Shown here: positions 63,611 to 64,000 of the stretch, piece after piece | Layout of the letters: each line of letters starts with the position of its first letter | Position numbering within the stretch: the stretch's first letter is position 1 | IMG/VR virus record: IMGVR_UViG_3300028840_007609 | Source of the DNA: a virus | Reading direction: 5' to 3' (one strand) | DNA: 64,000 bases | Translations under genes and position numbers: made by a program | The notes under the pieces: model-generated | Databases searched by the model: none | Told to the model about the DNA's origin: nothing | What the model saw: the letters and a program-made list of their open reading frames with translations, nothing else

Positions 63611-64000
63611 AATTCTCTGAAATATATGGCCCGTTTAAATGTGAAATAACGGGATGCACAGGCACAACGCAACTAATAGTCTTAGACAAAAACGAGGAAA
63701 AGTATGCAAAGTCTCCCGGAATAGTCCTATTAAAAAGACTGGGAACCGCCATATGTAAAAACTGTATTAAAAATTATCCTTTTATAAATGAAGAAAAACT
63801 CACTGCGGTTTTTTGCCCTACAATTGATGCTTTCATGACATATTTAGATACTTTCATACCTGTAACACCGGAAATGCATCATTTTGGCCGGTACAAGGGT
63901 GTCAATTTTGACGAAATACGCATAATTGGAGGCATCGAACAATATTGGGATGTACAAATTCTTTCTCAACACATTAAAAGAGAACCCTGTTTTTTTGACT
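63601..64000 (+). CDS. Cys-rich protein, partial (runs off the window)
   Basis: Hand-translated open frame from the ATG at 63601 with no stop. The N-terminus YGPFKCEITGC...KRLGTAICKNCI is paralogous to 63089..63610. Confidence 0.55.
   Translation, partial: MVLKFSEIYGPFKCEITGCTGTTQLIVLDKNEEKYAKSPGIVLLKRLGTAICKNCIKNYPFINEEKLTAVFCPTIDAFMTYLDTFIPVTPEMHHFGRYKGVNFDEIRIIGGIEQYWDVQILSQHIKREPCFFD

Overview
This window looks like a near-complete genome of an AT-rich tailed dsDNA phage (about 40% GC by eye). About 95 tightly packed genes lie on the + strand. The exceptions are a terS-terL-portal block (25583-29050) and one small gene (14759-14926), both on the - strand. The layout runs as follows. 1-16.6 kb holds early genes with many small CxxC zinc-ribbon proteins, an HNH nuclease and an SSB-like protein. 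16.6-17.2 kb is a tRNA region. 17.8-21.4 kb is a sugar-modification cluster, and 21.4-25.1 kb an AAA+/VWA module. Scaffold and major capsid occupy 29.1-30.9 kb. An island of three GT2 glycosyltransferases plus a lysis cassette (31.5-34.9 kb) sits inside the head module. Then come giant LamG proteins, head-tail connectors, tail tube, a G/GT chaperone with an A_AAA_AAC slippery site, the tape measure, and a GTA/lambda-like tail tip (DUF2460-like, gpL/BR0599-like, gpJ-like). The window ends with a replication module (SNF2 helicase, AEP primase-polymerase, UvrD-like helicase). No integrase, repressor, CRISPR array or rRNA was seen. The most unusual item is a circularly permuted tRNA-like gene (3' half first, acceptor stem closed by a 17-bp hairpin), located next to a canonical tRNA-Ile(UAU) and just downstream of two genes each split by one in-frame TAG. 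Other notable items are stop-containing in-frame tandem repeats at the 3' ends of the portal and tape-measure genes, and two long non-coding regions. One (8.7-9.45 kb) is packed with hairpins. The other (11.2-12.6 kb) contains a GAGTC/GACTC iteron cluster, a GC-rich structured island and a C-rich/G-poor tract. There is also a 10 x 21-aa repeat virion protein. All functional calls rest on motif reading and synteny only; no searches were run.
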